DNA of 64,000 bases from Thermomicrobiales bacterium (GTDB lineage: Bacteria > Chloroflexota > Chloroflexia > Thermomicrobiales > UBA6265), in NCBI GenBank assembly GCA_046328335.1, contig JAXLWU010000005.1, positions 156,675 through 220,674 on the forward strand. The letters run 5' to 3'. A program made the translations under genes and the position numbers. The notes below the pieces were generated by a model. The model ran no database searches. It saw only the letters and a program-made list of their open reading frames with translations, and was not told the origin of the DNA. Shown here in pieces: positions 18,027 through 27,028 of the stretch. Positions within the stretch are counted from its first letter, which is position 1. Each line of letters begins with the position of its first letter.

Positions 18027-19415
18027 TCAGCGTCCGGCGCGCCGCCAATCACGCTCTCCCCCCATTCCCCCATTCCCCCTCGTCCCCCTTTCCCCCTCGT
18101 CTCCCATCCCGCACCAATCGACGATCAGCCCCGCGTACACCTTGCAGGCATCGATCACCTGCTGCACCGGGACGAATTCGTTGGCGCCGTGGGCGCCGTA
18201 ACCGAGATCGCCGGGACCGAAGATGATCGTCGGCTGGTCGGCGGCGGCCATGATGTTGGCGTCGCACGGACCCGGGAAACAGCCGATCACCGGTTCCCGC
18301 GCCAGCGCCTCGCGGCTGGCGCGGGCGAGCGCGAGAACCCCGGGGTGGTCCTGGGGGACATCGAGCGGCGGCAGGACGCGATGGATGACCGGGCAGGTCA
18401 CCCGCGGCGGGTGGTCGCGCAGCCAGCGGTCGGTGGCGGTCACCGCGGCGACGGCACGTTCGATCTCCGCCAGCACGGCGGCGCAATCGGCGGCGGGCTG
18501 GACGACCACCGCGTAGGTCGCCGAGCAGGCGGGCGGCATCTCCGCCCGCAGGGCGCCGCCCCCGATCTGCACCGGCGAGAGATTCATGCCGCCAGGTGGC
18601 ATGAGGGGATGCTTTTCGTGCAGCGACCAGTCGCGATCGAGTGCCGAAAGCGCGTCCATGATCGTGCGCATCTTTTCGATCGCGTCGACGCCGGGCAGCG
18701 GCGCGGTTGACGCTTGCGGGTAGACCGCGGAGTAGCGCGCGGCGGGATGCAGGCTCTTGCCGGTGACGTCGATCTGGAAGAAAAACCACCCCATTCCAGC
18801 CGGGGCGATCTGCAACCGGGTCGGTTCCCCATTGATCGCCAGGGGGGCGCGGTATCCTCGTGCCAGCACGCTCAGCGGCCCGATTTCCGCCTCCGAGGTC
18901 TCCTCGCCGATGCTGATGGTGGCGACGCACCTCGCCGCGGGCGTGAACCCGCACTCGCGCAGCATCCGCGCCGCCCAGAGAAACGCGGCGTTGCCGCCTT
19001 TCATGTCGGTCGCGCCGCGGCCATAGAGATTGCCATCGGCGATCTCGCCGCTCCACGGATCGCCGCCGCGCCAACTCGCGCGCTGCTCGGCGCTCACCCC
19101 GACCGTATCGGTATGCCCGTTGTAGAGCAGGTCCTGCCCAACCCCGCCACGACCGCCGATGATCGCGGCGATGTTGGGCTGGTTTGGCGCGCCGTCCCAG
19201 ACATCGATGCGGTCGAACACCTCCCAGGCGGCCAATTCGGCGGCGAGCCACGCTTGGCAGGTTCGCGTCTCGCCCGGTTCATCTTCCGGGGCGCGGCCGG
19301 GATTGACCGAGCGTCGTTGCACATAGGCGGCGAGAAAGGCGGTCAGGTCCACCGCGCGCTCATCGATGCGCTGCCAGACCCGCTGTTTCACCAGATCGGT
19401 GTCGTTCATGTCCAT
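18027..19415 (-). CDS. M20-family peptidase (ArgE/DapE/CPG2-like)
   Basis: 462-aa ORF with LLYNGHTDTVGV, GRGATDMKGG and ISIGEETS motifs. The last roughly 30 aa (GMGDEGERGTRGNGGMGGERDW...) are read through a G-rich low-complexity repeat. Confidence 0.85.
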   Translation of the reverse strand: MDMNDTDLVKQRVWQRIDERAVDLTAFLAAYVQRRSVNPGRAPEDEPGETRTCQAWLAAELAAWEVFDRIDVWDGAPNQPNIAAIIGGRGGVGQDLLYNGHTDTVGVSAEQRASWRGGDPWSGEIADGNLYGRGATDMKGGNAAFLWAARMLRECGFTPAARCVATISIGEETSEAEIGPLSVLARGYRAPLAINGEPTRLQIAPAGMGWFFFQIDVTGKSLHPAARYSAVYPQASTAPLPGVDAIEKMRTIMDALSALDRDWSLHEKHPLMPPGGMNLSPVQIGGGALRAEMPPACSATYAVVVQPAADCAAVLAEIERAVAAVTATDRWLRDHPPRVTCPVIHRVLPPLDVPQDHPGVLALARASREALAREPVIGCFPGPCDANIMAAADQPTIIFGPGDLGYGAHGANEFVPVQQVIDACKVYAGLIVDWCGMGDEGERGTRGNGGMGGERDWRRAGR

Positions 19416-19470
19416 GATGGTGTGGAATTCACCCTGTGATAACTCCGCGGCTGACTCCCGCGAACGTGGA

Positions 19471-20256
19471 CTACCGCGCCAGCCAGCCGCCGTCGACGGC
19501 CAACTCGGTCCCGGTGACGAAGGACGCGCCCGGCGAGCAGAGCCAGACCACCGCGGCGGCGACCTCTTCCGGTTGCCCGACGCGGCCCATCGGCTCCGAG
19601 GCGCCCAGCGCGGCCACGGCGGCCTGATCGCCTCCAGTGAAGCGGTCGACCATCGGGGTGTGAATGACCCCGGGACAGACGGCGTTGATGCGGATGCCGC
19701 GCTGGGCGTAATCGATCGCCGTGGCGCGGGTGAGACCGATCAACCCGTGCTTGGAGGCGACGTACGCCGGCAGATTCGGCGGAAAACCGGACATCCCGGA
19801 GATCGAGGCGCAGTTGACGATCGCGCCACCGCCACCTTGCAGCATCGCCGGAATCTCATGTCGCATGCAGTAGAAGGCGCCGGAGAGATTGACGCCGATG
19901 GTGCGCTCCCAGTTCTCGCGGGGCATGTCATGGCAGGATGCGGTAATCCCCTCGACCCCGGCGTTGTTGAATGCCGCATCGAGGCGGCCGAAGACCTCCA
20001 TCACCCGTGCCACCATCGCCTCGGTCTGCGCCGCGTCGCTGACATCGCAGATGATTTCGAGCGCCTCGCCGCCGTGATCGAGCACCAGCCGGCCTGTTTC
20101 CGCCAACTTGTCCTGCTGCACGTCGGCCACCGCCACCCGCGCGCCCGCCTTGGCGAACGCCACCGCCGTCGCCCGCCCGATACCTGATGCCGCGCCGGTG
20201 ATCAATGCGACGGTTCCGTCCAACTCGCCCACGTCAGCCTCCTCACGCTCGTCCAC
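19471..20256 (-). CDS. SDR-family oxidoreductase
   Basis: TGAASGIGRA Rossmann motif, the NNAG motif, and the catalytic YVASKHG (YxxxK). Confidence 0.9.
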   Translation of the reverse strand: MDEREEADVGELDGTVALITGAASGIGRATAVAFAKAGARVAVADVQQDKLAETGRLVLDHGGEALEIICDVSDAAQTEAMVARVMEVFGRLDAAFNNAGVEGITASCHDMPRENWERTIGVNLSGAFYCMRHEIPAMLQGGGGAIVNCASISGMSGFPPNLPAYVASKHGLIGLTRATAIDYAQRGIRINAVCPGVIHTPMVDRFTGGDQAAVAALGASEPMGRVGQPEEVAAAVVWLCSPGASFVTGTELAVDGGWLAR

Positions 20257-20418
20257 GCCACACTACGGCAAGTGTAAGGCGCGGTGACGACGTGAACGCG
20301 TCTCGACCCATGGCCGCCGTCCACGCTGCTCCCGCGGCGCGTTACACTCGAAATGACGACCGCCCCTCAACCGGGCGCCGTTTCATCATGGCGCATTTAT
20401 CGGGGTAGAGTCTCGAGC

Positions 20419-21138
20419 ATGGCTGAACCGCGAACGCGCGACGAACGGATCCTCCTGGTCGAAGACGAGGAGCCGATTCGCGAATTGCTGACCACCGCGC
20501 TCCGCTTCATCGGCTACACCGTCGAAACGGCGACCACCGGCGTGGAAGGACTCGCGCTCTCCCGGAACGATGCCTGGGACCTCCTGGTGCTCGATGTCAA
20601 TCTCCCCGAACTCGATGGTTTCACCCTCTGCCGCAAGGTGCGTGAGGCGGGGAACGATGTGCCGGTGATCTTTCTCACCGCGCGCGATGATCCCGCCGAT
20701 CTGCGTGCCGGGTTCACCGGCGGCGGCGACGACTACCTGACCAAGCCGTTCAGCCTCGAGGAATTGACGCTGCGGGTGGAGGCGATCCTGCGCCGCGGCA
20801 AGAGCCGCGCTCCGGAGCGCAACCGTCTCACCGCGGGTGACCTGGTGCTGGATGACGATGCGCACCGTGTCTGGCAGGGGGAGACTGAACTGGAGTTGAC
20901 CCCGACCGAGTACCGGCTGCTGCGCTACCTGCTACAGAACGCCGGCCGCGTCGTCTCCCGCGCGCAGATCATCGACCACGTCTGGGACTACGGCTACGCC
21001 ATCGAACCCTCCGGGGTCGAGACCTACATCAGTTATCTGCGGCGCAAACTCGATGACCGCGACGGCAAGGTGATCCGCACCGTGCGCGGCGTGGGGTATT
21101 CCCTTCGCCAACCCGAGCCGGCGGGAGAGCCAGGGTGA
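20419..21138 (+). CDS. OmpR-family response regulator
   Basis: ILLVEDEEPIRELL...LLVLDVNLPELDGF receiver domain and a winged-helix C-terminus (TPTEYRLLRYLLQNAGRVVSRAQI...VRGVGYSL). Confidence 0.9.
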   Translation: MAEPRTRDERILLVEDEEPIRELLTTALRFIGYTVETATTGVEGLALSRNDAWDLLVLDVNLPELDGFTLCRKVREAGNDVPVIFLTARDDPADLRAGFTGGGDDYLTKPFSLEELTLRVEAILRRGKSRAPERNRLTAGDLVLDDDAHRVWQGETELELTPTEYRLLRYLLQNAGRVVSRAQIIDHVWDYGYAIEPSGVETYISYLRRKLDDRDGKVIRTVRGVGYSLRQPEPAGEPG

Positions 21139-22589
21139 GTCTCGGCACGCGCATCGCCCTCGGCGTCGCCGTGGTGCTGGCGCTGACGCTCGCCGTGCTC
21201 GGCGTGGCGATGACCGGGGCCACCCGCATCGTCCTCACCGCTGAGGTCGACAAGCGCCTGACCGATTCGCTGGGCCGGTTCCGGGGCCGCCCGGATTGGG
21301 GGGCCGAGGATATCTTCGGGCCGCACGGCGTCAATGGGCGTGGCGACCATGACGACGATTACCTCCCCGGTGGACCGCTCAGTCTGAACAGCCGCAGCGT
21401 CGGTTTCTTCGGTTTCGATCGCGATGGGGTGCTGCGGGTGCAGATGCCCTCCGAGACATCGAACCGCCCCGATCCGCTCCCCAGGTTCCCCCCCATTCCG
21501 AGCCCGCAAGTGACCGCGATGCTCGGTAAGATCGTGACCCTGCCCGCCGTGGATGGATCGGGCACGTACCGCGTGCTGATGTTTCCCGGTCCCGCCGGTT
21601 CGACCCTGGCCGCCACCGCCTCCCTGCATCGGGTTGATGATGCGGTCGCGCAGTTGATGCGGGTGCTGGCCGTCGCGGGCACGGTCGCGCTGATCATCGC
21701 CGCCCTGGCGAGTTGGTGGGTCATTCGCCTCGGTCTGCGCCCCGTCGACCGCATGGTGGCGACCGCGGCGGCGATCGCGGCGGGTGATCTCAGCCGGCGC
21801 GTCCCCGACGCCCAACCTGGCACCGAACTGGGCCGGCTGGGGATCGCGCTGAACGCGATGCTGACCCAGATCGAAGCGGGGATCCGGGAGCGGGAAGCGG
21901 GTGAGGCGCGGCTGCGGCGGTTTGTCGCCGATGCCGCGCATGAACTCCGCACCCCGTTGACCTCTCTCCGCGGCTACGCCGAACTCTACCGGCAGGGCGC
22001 CCTGCCCTCCCCCGATGCGGTGGCGCACGCCATGAGCCGGATCGAATCGGAGGGCGGCCGCATGGCGCGGCTGGTCGACGATCTCCTTCTCCTCGCCCGG
22101 ACCGACCAGGGCCGTCCGCTGGAACGCGAACCGGTCGATCTCAGCCGCCTGGCGCGCGAGGCCGCCGACGACTTCTCCGCCGCCAACCCCGAGCGCACCT
22201 TGACGCGCGAACTCGCCGATTCTGCGGTGGTGATCGGCGATCCGGTTCGCTTGCGGCAGGCGATCGACAACCTCCTCGCCAACGTGCGGACCCATACCCC
22301 CGTCGGAACGCCCGCGCGCGTGCAGGTGACGCGCAACGGGCAGTGGGCCGAGGTGACCGTTGCCGACGCGGGACCGGGAATCGCCCCGACCGATCAGGAG
22401 CGGATCTTCGAACGTTTCTGGCGGGGCGATCCCGCCCGCCGCCGCGCCAGCGGCAGCGGCGCCGGGCTCGGCCTGAGCATCGTCGATGCGCTGGTGAAAG
22501 CGCACGGCGGCGCGGTGGCGGTCCAGAGCGAACCGGGAGATGGCGCCGCCTTTACGATCCGGTTGCCGCTGGCGCCGCCCGGTTCCTGA
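21135..22589 (+). CDS. Sensor histidine kinase (TM-HAMP-HisKA-HATPase)
   Basis: H-box FVADAAHELRTPLTSLRGY and G-boxes DAGPGIAPTDQERIFERFWRGD...GAGLGLSIV. It has a GTGA overlap with the response regulator gene. Confidence 0.9.
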   Translation: MSLGTRIALGVAVVLALTLAVLGVAMTGATRIVLTAEVDKRLTDSLGRFRGRPDWGAEDIFGPHGVNGRGDHDDDYLPGGPLSLNSRSVGFFGFDRDGVLRVQMPSETSNRPDPLPRFPPIPSPQVTAMLGKIVTLPAVDGSGTYRVLMFPGPAGSTLAATASLHRVDDAVAQLMRVLAVAGTVALIIAALASWWVIRLGLRPVDRMVATAAAIAAGDLSRRVPDAQPGTELGRLGIALNAMLTQIEAGIREREAGEARLRRFVADAAHELRTPLTSLRGYAELYRQGALPSPDAVAHAMSRIESEGGRMARLVDDLLLLARTDQGRPLEREPVDLSRLAREAADDFSAANPERTLTRELADSAVVIGDPVRLRQAIDNLLANVRTHTPVGTPARVQVTRNGQWAEVTVADAGPGIAPTDQERIFERFWRGDPARRRASGSGAGLGLSIVDALVKAHGGAVAVQSEPGDGAAFTIRLPLAPPGS

Positions 22590-22775
22590 CGAAGTCTCAT
22601 CCCGTTCCCAGCAAATCGTAAGCATTGCCCCCGATGATGGAGATAGAGCGTTGGGTCATGCCGTTCCCGCCAGAGCGGGACGCGGCTGGTCGAGGGTGCA
22701 AGGAGCCCGGCCACGACCCAGGGTGGGCGTGCCGTTCCGTTCGGGAACGGCAACGATGTGAGCGAGGTGAGGTGT

Positions 22776-23732
22776 ATGGAAAGCACACGGCGGTTCAGCC
22801 GGAAGACGTTTGTCACGGCACTTGGCGTTTCCGGTCTTGGCATCGCCGCGGCGGCGACGCGGGTCACGCCCGCCTTTGCCCAGGACGCGACGCCCAGCGC
22901 CGGCATGCAAGGCGGCGGCGATTTCGAGGCGATGCGGGACCAGTTCTATGCGGAGTTCACCAAGGCGCTCGCCACGCAACTGAAACTCAGCAACGCCGAT
23001 GACGTCGATCCCGCGATTCGCGCCGCCTGGGGGACCGTCCTCGACGGACTGCAGGGCGACGGTCTGGTGACGGCCGGACAGGCGACGGCGATCAAGCATC
23101 TGATCGATACGGCCGAGGTCCCGATCGGACCGGGTCCGATGTTCGGCGCCATGCACGGTCGCGGCCCGGGTGGCATGCCGGGTGGTGGACCCGGCGGCGA
23201 GCCCGCGCCGGCCACCACGGAAGGCGATGCCCAGACCGCGACGGCTTCCACCGCAATGACCGATTACGACAAGCGTAAGGCGATCGCCGAGCGGCTCTAC
23301 CCCGATTTCACCGCGGCACTTGCCACTCAGCTGAAGGCCGGCAGCGCGGACGAGGTCGACGGCGCGATTCGCCTCGCGTTGCTCGATACGATCGATGCCA
23401 TGGCGGCCGCGGACAACGCGCCGCCGATGCCGGTCGATGTCATGAAGTTCATGGCCGCCACGTCCGATGCCCCGATCGGGCCCGGCATCTTCATGGGACC
23501 GGCGATGGGCGGCTTCATGCACGGCATGGGCGACATGCACGGTATGGGCGACATGCATGGCATGGGCGACATGCACGACATGGAAGGGCATGGCATGCAG
23601 GGACGCGGATCAGGTGGTGGCCGCGGCCGGGGTGGGCAGTCCGGTTCCTGGGGCGACGATGACCGCGGCGGGGACAACAGCGGCAAGGAGAAGAACTCTA
23701 GCGGTGACGACGAGGACGATGCCTCGTCGTAG
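22776..23732 (+). CDS. Tat-secreted Met/His-rich protein with internal duplication (putative metal-binding)
   Basis: N-terminus MESTRRFSRKTFVTALGVSGLGIAAAATRVTPAFA. Two related modules (FYAEFTKALATQLKLSNADDVDPAIR... and LYPDFTAALATQLKAGSADEVDGAIR...). C-terminus FMHGMGDMHGMGDMHGMGDMHDMEGHGMQGRG followed by an acidic tail. Confidence 0.7.
   Translation: MESTRRFSRKTFVTALGVSGLGIAAAATRVTPAFAQDATPSAGMQGGGDFEAMRDQFYAEFTKALATQLKLSNADDVDPAIRAAWGTVLDGLQGDGLVTAGQATAIKHLIDTAEVPIGPGPMFGAMHGRGPGGMPGGGPGGEPAPATTEGDAQTATASTAMTDYDKRKAIAERLYPDFTAALATQLKAGSADEVDGAIRLALLDTIDAMAAADNAPPMPVDVMKFMAATSDAPIGPGIFMGPAMGGFMHGMGDMHGMGDMHGMGDMHDMEGHGMQGRGSGGGRGRGGQSGSWGDDDRGGDNSGKEKNSSGDDEDDASS
23523..23576 (+). repeat. 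3 x 18-nt in-frame tandem repeat encoding GMGDMH
   Basis: GGCATGGGCGACATGCAC / GGTATGGGCGACATGCAT / GGCATGGGCGACATGCAC. Confidence 0.85.
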
Positions 23733-23762
23733 AGCCGCCGCTGACAGTGCCGCGCAAACGTC

Positions 23763-23846
23763 GTGTCGTTCCGAGCCGCGGCGAGGAATCTCGTCGTTGG
23801 TCAGGCGTCGGGCACACGCCGAGGTCCCTCCTCCGTCGGGACGACA
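23763..23846. repeat. Family B/C palindromic unit U2
   Basis: GTGTCGTTCCGAGCCGCGGCGAGGAATCTCG ... GCCGAGGTCCCTCCTCCGTCGGGACGACAC. Confidence 0.7.
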
Positions 23847-24099
23847 CGACATTCACACCTCGTGGTAATGGAACACCTCGCTCCCGCCGGGCCGGGGCGG
23901 GGCGAATAAGAGGAACGGATACTCCAACTTAATGAGGAAGCGAGCCCGGACGAACCGCGGCGTGGGGTGTCGGACCCCGCGCCGCGGTCTTCGTCTTGCG
24001 TGAAACGTTGCGTCTGCCGCGAGGGCAGATCACCGCGTCTTTCGTGATGATCGGGGTAGCATATCGGGCAGTCTGCCATCCGCTCGCAGGAGTTCCACG

Positions 24100-25998
24100 T
24101 TGACCCACCCGCTGCTCGCTCGCCTCGCCGCCGGTCCACTGCTCGCCGATGGCGCCATGGGGACGCTCCTTTACGCCGCCGGCGCTTCGCTCGATGAATC
24201 GTTCGACGCCCTCAATCTGAACCGGCCGGAGTTGGTCCTCGCCGCGCACCGTGCCTACCTCGACGCCGGCGCCGACGTGATCGAAACCAACTCCTTCGGC
24301 GCCAACCGCTTCAAACTGGAGACCTTCGGCCTGGCCGACCGCGTGCGCGAGATCAACCGCAAGGCGGTCCGTCTGGCCCGCGAGGCGCGGGAGATTACCG
24401 GCAAACCGGTGTTGGTGGCGGGATCGGTCGGACCGACCGGCCGGCCCCTGGCGACCCTGGGGGCCGTCGCGCCGGAAGCGCTGCGCGATGCCTTTCGCGA
24501 GCAGATCGAGGCCCTGCTGGAAGGCGGGGTCGATTTCCTCATCCTGGAGACGATCGGCAGTCTTGGCGAGATGACGGAAGCGGTCATCGCCGCGCGCGAG
24601 GTGAGCGATCTGCCAATTGTCGCCTCGATGACCTTCGCCGAAGATGGGCGCACCATCGGCGGCAGTAGCCCGGCTGAGGTCGTGGCGCGGCTGGTGGAGT
24701 TCGGCGTCGCCGCGATCGGCGCCAACTGCTCGGTCGGGCCGCAGCGGTTGCTGCCGGTGGCGGCGGCGATGGCCCGCGTGCTCATTGACTACGGTCCGAA
24801 TGCGCCGGTGGTCTCCTGCATGCCGAACGCGGGCTGGCCGGCGCATGTCGCCGGGCGGGTGATCTACCCCTCGTCGCCGGAGTACTTCGCCGACTTCGCG
24901 CGGTCGGCGCTCGAGGCCGGGGTGCGCCTCATCGGCGGTTGCTGTGGCACGACCCCCGAGCACACCGCGGCGATGCGCGCCGCGCTCGATACCTGGCAGG
25001 CGAGCCGCAACGGGACCACGCGGGAGGCGGCAATGCCTCGCGTGCGGCTGGCGCGGCCACGGCAACTCGATCTGCAGCCCGCGGAAAGCCAAACCCACCT
25101 GCGGGAGAAACTCGACCGCGGCGAGTTCGTCGTCAGCGTCGAGATCGACCCGCCGAAGGGACTCAACCCGGCGAAGGCGCTGGAGGGAGCGCGGTTGCTG
25201 AAAGAGGCTGGCGTCGCGTTCATCAATGTCGCCGATTCGCCGATGGCGCGGGTGCGGATGAGCGCTTTGACTCTTTCCTACCTGATCCAGCATCAGGTGG
25301 GGATCGAGACCATCCTCCACCTCACCACCCGCGACCGCTCGCTGATGGGTTTGCAATCGGAACTGCTGGGAGCGCACGCGGTGGGGGTACGCAATATCCT
25401 CGCCCTCACCGGTGATCCGCCCAGCCTGGGGGATTACCCCGATTCCTCGGCCGTCTACGACGTCGATTCGATCGGGCTGATCCGGGTGCTCAACGGGCTG
25501 AACGCGGGCACCGATTCCGCCGGAGCCTCGATCGGGCGGCAGGCGGCGTTCACCATCGCCTGCGCCGTCGATCCCACCCGCGCCGATCTGGAGCATGAGG
25601 CGGAGCGCCTCAGGGCGAAACTGGACGCCGGCGCCGACCTGGTCATGACCCAGCCAATCTACGACCCGGAGTCGTGGCACCGCTTCCTGCGCGCGTTCGG
25701 CGCGGCGCGGCTGCCGGTGCCGGTACTGGCCGGCATTCTGCCGCTACAGAGCAGCAAGCACGCCGAATTCCTCCACAACGAGGTGCCGGGGATCACCCTG
25801 AGCGACGAGGCGCGGGAGCGGATGCGTCTCGCCGGTCCGGACGGGCGGCGGGAAGGGGTGCGCATGGCGCAGGAACTGCTGCAGGAACTCCGTCCGCTGG
25901 TGCAGGGGGTCTACCTGATGCCCTCCTTCGGCCGCTACGAAGTCGCCGCGGAGGTGTTGCAGATTCTGTCACCGCAAGCGGTTGGGGCGCCAGCCTGA
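24100..25998 (+). CDS. Bifunctional homocysteine S-methyltransferase / 5,10-methylenetetrahydrofolate reductase (YitJ-like)
   Basis: The N-terminal half matches an Hcy-binding domain (LLADGAMGTLLY...DVIETNSFGANRFKL...GGCCGTTPEH). The C-terminal half is MTHFR-like (FVVSVEIDPPKG...HLTTRDRS...LALTGDPP). TTG start follows AGGAG. Confidence 0.9.
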   Translation: MTHPLLARLAAGPLLADGAMGTLLYAAGASLDESFDALNLNRPELVLAAHRAYLDAGADVIETNSFGANRFKLETFGLADRVREINRKAVRLAREAREITGKPVLVAGSVGPTGRPLATLGAVAPEALRDAFREQIEALLEGGVDFLILETIGSLGEMTEAVIAAREVSDLPIVASMTFAEDGRTIGGSSPAEVVARLVEFGVAAIGANCSVGPQRLLPVAAAMARVLIDYGPNAPVVSCMPNAGWPAHVAGRVIYPSSPEYFADFARSALEAGVRLIGGCCGTTPEHTAAMRAALDTWQASRNGTTREAAMPRVRLARPRQLDLQPAESQTHLREKLDRGEFVVSVEIDPPKGLNPAKALEGARLLKEAGVAFINVADSPMARVRMSALTLSYLIQHQVGIETILHLTTRDRSLMGLQSELLGAHAVGVRNILALTGDPPSLGDYPDSSAVYDVDSIGLIRVLNGLNAGTDSAGASIGRQAAFTIACAVDPTRADLEHEAERLRAKLDAGADLVMTQPIYDPESWHRFLRAFGAARLPVPVLAGILPLQSSKHAEFLHNEVPGITLSDEARERMRLAGPDGRREGVRMAQELLQELRPLVQGVYLMPSFGRYEVAAEVLQILSPQAVGAPA

Positions 25999-26190
25999 GT
26001 GGCGTGTGATCGGTGCAACCCTGCAGGTTCGTGCATCGTCAGGGTTGCCTGCACCTAACCGCTTTGCGCCCGATTCCGCTGGCGACTGGCCTCAGCCGTG
26101 CCTTGCGCTTGCGGACGCTCCCCTCCAAACAGAAGCCCAGGAGCAGAGCGGCGTGAACCCGCCATCCGATCTTCCGAGCCGATTCCATCG

Positions 26191-26220
26191 GAAGAGCCAC
26201 GCCGTTGAGCGTGGCTCTTC
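26191..26220. terminator. Hairpin between convergent genes
   Basis: GAAGAGCCACGC-CGTTGA-GCGTGGCTCTTC, followed on the + strand by GCTGCTTTGTGT. Confidence 0.45.
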
Positions 26221-26268
26221 GCTGCTTTGTGTCAGGTTGTTTGACGGGTGAAGGGTGCTGCGCCGACC

Positions 26269-26799
26269 CTACTCGCAGGATGGCAGGCAGCGCAGACCCG
26301 CGTTGCCTGGGCCGTCGCAGCAGGTCATCACACAGGTGCGATTCCCCGGACAGACGTTGTCCGGACCGCAGTGGATCTCACACGTATCGGCGACCGCGCA
26401 GAAGCGGGTGTTGTTGTTGTCCGCGATCCGGGTGCAAATGCACGCATCAGAGTTGTTGCAATGGACGTGCTGCTCGTCTTGCGGGCAGACGGAGAGATCG
26501 AGGCATTGCCCCTCGCAGCCGGTGCGGCCGCTGGCGCAGTGCTCACAGCGACCGCGACGACAGATGTCGTCATTGGTGCAATCGCCGTCGCTGACGCAGT
26601 GTTCGCACTTTCGTCGCTTGCAGACCAACCCCGGCGGGCAGGGTTGCCGCTTGTTGCATTTGAGAACCTTCTTCGCGCCGGCATCGGGGGTGCGTCCGAA
26701 AAACATCCCGATCGCACTTGCCGCACCAGCAGCAACGACTGAGCGCCGTGTTACCCGAGAGAAGGACATGACCAACCGATCGAAACGATTATTCTCCAC
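26269..26799 (-). CDS. Secreted Cys-rich protein, paralog P3
   Basis: GTG start after GAGAAGGGGG. N-terminus (M)ENNRFDRLVMSFSRVTRRSVVAAGAASAIGMFFG, then KKVLKCNKRQPC, with more than 25 Cys. It ends ...GLRCLPSCE, similar to the P1 ending VCVPEC. Confidence 0.75.
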   Translation of the reverse strand: MENNRFDRLVMSFSRVTRRSVVAAGAASAIGMFFGRTPDAGAKKVLKCNKRQPCPPGLVCKRRKCEHCVSDGDCTNDDICRRGRCEHCASGRTGCEGQCLDLSVCPQDEQHVHCNNSDACICTRIADNNNTRFCAVADTCEIHCGPDNVCPGNRTCVMTCCDGPGNAGLRCLPSCE

Positions 26800-27028
26800 C
26801 GCAGACCCCCTTCTCTTTCCGACCATCCAATCGTCGTCCGATTGGTCCTCGTCGAGCCGCTCCCCTTGCCGCCGGTGTGGCTACCACTTCCGCATGGAAT
26901 CGCTAGCGGGGCACGCTCGACGCCGCAGGAGGACTCGGCACCACCGCGCAATAGACGCGGTGCTTGCAGTCTCCGGTGCGGCTGGCAGTCCTTTGCGGAT
27001 CGCCACGGTCCCGTCGAGTGACACCGTG

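Noticed and set aside
23930-24099. S-box (SAM-I) riboswitch upstream of the yitJ-like gene.
   Set aside because: It would be expected by analogy with Bacillus. None of the conserved SAM-I core sequences (for example the GAGGGA...GCCC and GUGCUAAAU-type elements) could be found by eye. Only generic alternative hairpins are present, and these are reported separately at low interest.
23929-25680. 583-aa ORF antisense to the homocysteine methyltransferase/MTHFR gene.
   Set aside because: It has no domain signatures and an Arg/Gly/Pro-rich composition, and the opposite strand encodes a clearly recognisable bifunctional enzyme.
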